From Vitrella brassicaformis CCMP3155 (lineage: Eukaryota > Protista > Chromerida): 64,000 nt of DNA. Made by a program: the position numbers and the translations under genes. The stretch lies in NCBI GenBank assembly GCA_001179505.1, contig CDMY01000047.1:1-64000 (forward strand), in the 5' to 3' direction. The notes beneath the pieces were generated by a model. The model saw nothing but the letters and a program-made list of their open reading frames with translations. It searched no databases and was not told where the DNA came from. Below are positions 61,435 to 64,000 of the stretch, in pieces; within the stretch, counting starts at the first letter, position 1; every line of letters begins with the position of its first letter.

Positions 61435-63910
61435 TTACACTTTGCTCATGAAGTCGGCCGTCGTCAGGCCGCCGCCGCCGGCCACGCTGACGGTCTCCGA
61501 GTAGGGTGTGGGAGGGGCGCCGCTGTCGACTGTGGTGGCGGCGATGCGGTCGGTGAGCAACTGCTGGCTCACCTTGCCGTCGGCGGCCTTGTCGATGCCG
61601 TTCTCAGTCATCAGCTCATCCTCCTTGAGGGCGACCTCCTCAACGGGGTGGAAACACGAGTACACCTGACATGCGCACGCCACACATTGACATGCACGTG
61701 CACGTGTTGTGTTGGGTCTATGGATTGCTGGCTGGCGTACGTACGTCGGGCATGACGATGCCGGTGAAGGTGAGCATGATGCAGATGAAGGCGAGGGCCA
61801 GGCCGACCGCCTGCAGATACGCGGGGTAGCCCGCGTATCGGCCGAAGGGTTGTGTGCTGCTCCAGAAGACCAAACCCATGAGGATCAAGGTCGCTGGCGG
61901 GATGAAGAACTTGAGCAGCAGCGACCACACTATCGTGATGGGCCAGTTATTGCCCTATGTCATTGCAGAGGCACAATGAAAGGAGACCGTTGACACATGG
62001 GTGAATGCATCTGCGAGGGAGGTTGCTGGGTACCTTACCTGTGCGCACACGGTGTTGAGGTCCATCCTGAGTGTTTCGATCGTGCCCAGGTACAGCCACC
62101 ATGCGCGCTTCTGAATGACAGGCACACGGACGGGCAGAGACCGCAGCAATCCCATACGTAGATGAGTGCATGAAGGGGGTCTCGGTCTCCGACGTGTGTA
62201 CCTCCAGGCTCATGTCTTTCGCCTTTGTCAGGCCGAGTGCCGTAGCAGAACCGAGAACCATGATCACCGCGCCAACCAGCGGCCCCGCAGTCGACCCTGC
62301 AAACCACACCGGCAACCGCACACACAAGTGCAGCCATCCGTCAGTGCACTTAAGATCTCTCTCCTCCGGTTGCTCACCGACGGCAGTGTCTTCAGCGCCC
62401 AGGCCGACCATCATGCCCACAAACGCCCCGCCGAGCCAGGCCGCCATGGCGCACACCTCCGCCACATAACCCACCTTCTCGCCCACCAGTTGGAAGTTGT
62501 ATACCCAGCCCCCCGCCACGGCATGGATCAGACCTATAAAGAGAAAAGCGACGTTGTTGAGGTAGAAGTCCACAGCGTCCAAGAGGAATAGGCCGATGTC
62601 GGTGGCGTAGACGCAAGACACGGCGAGGCCGGCCAGACACATGGCCGTCACCACTCTCCACCGCTTGACGCGACGAAGGACGATGGAGTCCTGAAATGAA
62701 CACACACACAGAGACACACGACGGGTGTGTGAAGGCGTATGGAGGGGCATCTGTGTAGGTCAGGTCACCATGAGGGCTGTGACGGAGGCCTCGATGAGAG
62801 AGAAGGCCGAGTCGATGCCCAGCAGCACCAGCGTCAGGAAAAACAACACACACCTGACAGACAGGCAGACAGACAGACAGGCAGACAGACAGGGGCGTGA
62901 AGGAAGGCACACGTTGATGTGTGCTGTCGATGCTCCTTGCTGACCAGACATGGCTGCCCGGTAGGAGGCTGAGTGCCACTGGATATGCCGTAAAGACGAG
63001 GCCAGGACCATCCACAGGAAGGTAACCCAGGTTCACTCCCGCCTGGTCAGCCAAGTGACCCAACACCGAAAACACCGCAAACCCTGAACAGACAGATATG
63101 CACGTACGCTAGGACGGCTGTCTGTCTGTCTGTCTGTCTGTCTGTGTGTGTGGTTTCTCTCTGCGCGGGCTGCCTACCAGCCACAAATGACGTTAAGAAG
63201 TCACAGAATGAGATGATGAGGCTGTCCTGGGCCACGTTGCACGACTTGCGGTTGTACGAAGCATCTGTCAGCAGAGAGAAAGTTGGTGGGGTGGAAGCGA
63301 AGCCGTGCATTGGGGAGTGCAATTGCAAGATGTCTTGTCGTGTTGCGCTGCTCACGTACACGCAGTCAGCACGCCGAAACACAGGGAGAGCGAGAAGAAG
63401 ACCTGGGAGGTCGCTTCACTCCACACAATCGGCTCGTCCTTCAGCACCGACAGGTTCCACTTGCCTATATACGCCTCCACCCCCACACCGGCGCCGTCCA
63501 GCGTCAGGCCGCGTATCATCAAGATCACAATCAGGATGAAGGGCATCAGCATCGTGAAGTAGGTGACACGGCCGGTGACGAAGACCCCACGGAACAAAGA
63601 TAGCCATATCAGAATCCAGACCACGATCATCCCGTAGAAGGTGTACAAGAGGAAGTCCTGCGCGCCGACAGCAGCCTCCCCAGCCATGACCACCGAGTTA
63701 TCGAAGAAGTCTGTGGATGCGGTGAGCGCGGTGCTGTCAGTTGCCGCCACCCACGGCAGGGTGGGGTTGAAGGACGCCACGAAGTATCTCAGGGCCCAGC
63801 TGATGATGAGGTTGTAGTATGTGGCCAGCACGAAGGCACCGAAGCATCCGCTGGCGCCGATGCCCCTCAGCCGTCGATGGATGGAAGCCCACGCCACGAA
63901 GTCGCTCCCC
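61435..63910 (-). CDS. Sodium:neurotransmitter symporter (SLC6/NSS) family transporter, 5'-partial (continues beyond the window)
   Basis: YYNLIISWALRYFVASF...LPW, GRVTYFTMLMPF...RGLTLDGA, WSEATSQVFFSLSLCFGVLTA|YASYN, GPGLVFTAYPVALSLLP, FFLTLVLLGIDSAFS. Confidence 0.93.
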
Positions 63911-64000
63911 TGATCGATCACCGACACACACACACAGACAGACAGACAGACAGACAGACAGACGGACAAGATGCAGCCAGTGACGTGACGTGCCACCTTA

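Overview
Gene-dense eukaryotic DNA with many short GT-AG introns packed with (GT)n, (ACAG)n, (ATGG)n, (GCAG)n and (AGTC)n microsatellites, plus three 300-N assembly gaps. Gene content and style suggest a chromerid alveolate such as Vitrella brassicaformis (inference). Most long ORFs in the supplied track are chimeric exon/intron read-throughs, so I rebuilt the genes by hand-splicing. About 20 genes were recovered. Recognisable ones: PEX13-like, C8orf82/UPF0598, RTRAF (CGI-99), RAD51, eEF1B-gamma, a membrane-anchored pepsin-family protease, TEN1, NUP214-like, Bacteroidetes-type PurM, RPL35A, an LRR+RING protein, a type II (ASK21-like) SKP1, NRT2, a divergent intron-containing histone H4 and a 5'-partial SLC6/NSS transporter. 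There are also two adhesin-like type I membrane proteins (3x FN2-like; 2x cadherin-like plus furin-like) and a head-to-head pair of small putative mitochondrial proteins. Most notable: a plant-type SH3-less PEX13, a TEN1 (CST telomere complex), an intron-rich bacterial-type PurM, a recent inversion/duplication junction beside a nonsense-interrupted secreted PH-like gene, and an H4 variant. No CRISPR, rRNA or tRNA was recognised. All family assignments come from recalled motif similarity, not database searches. Some start codons and exon boundaries are approximate.
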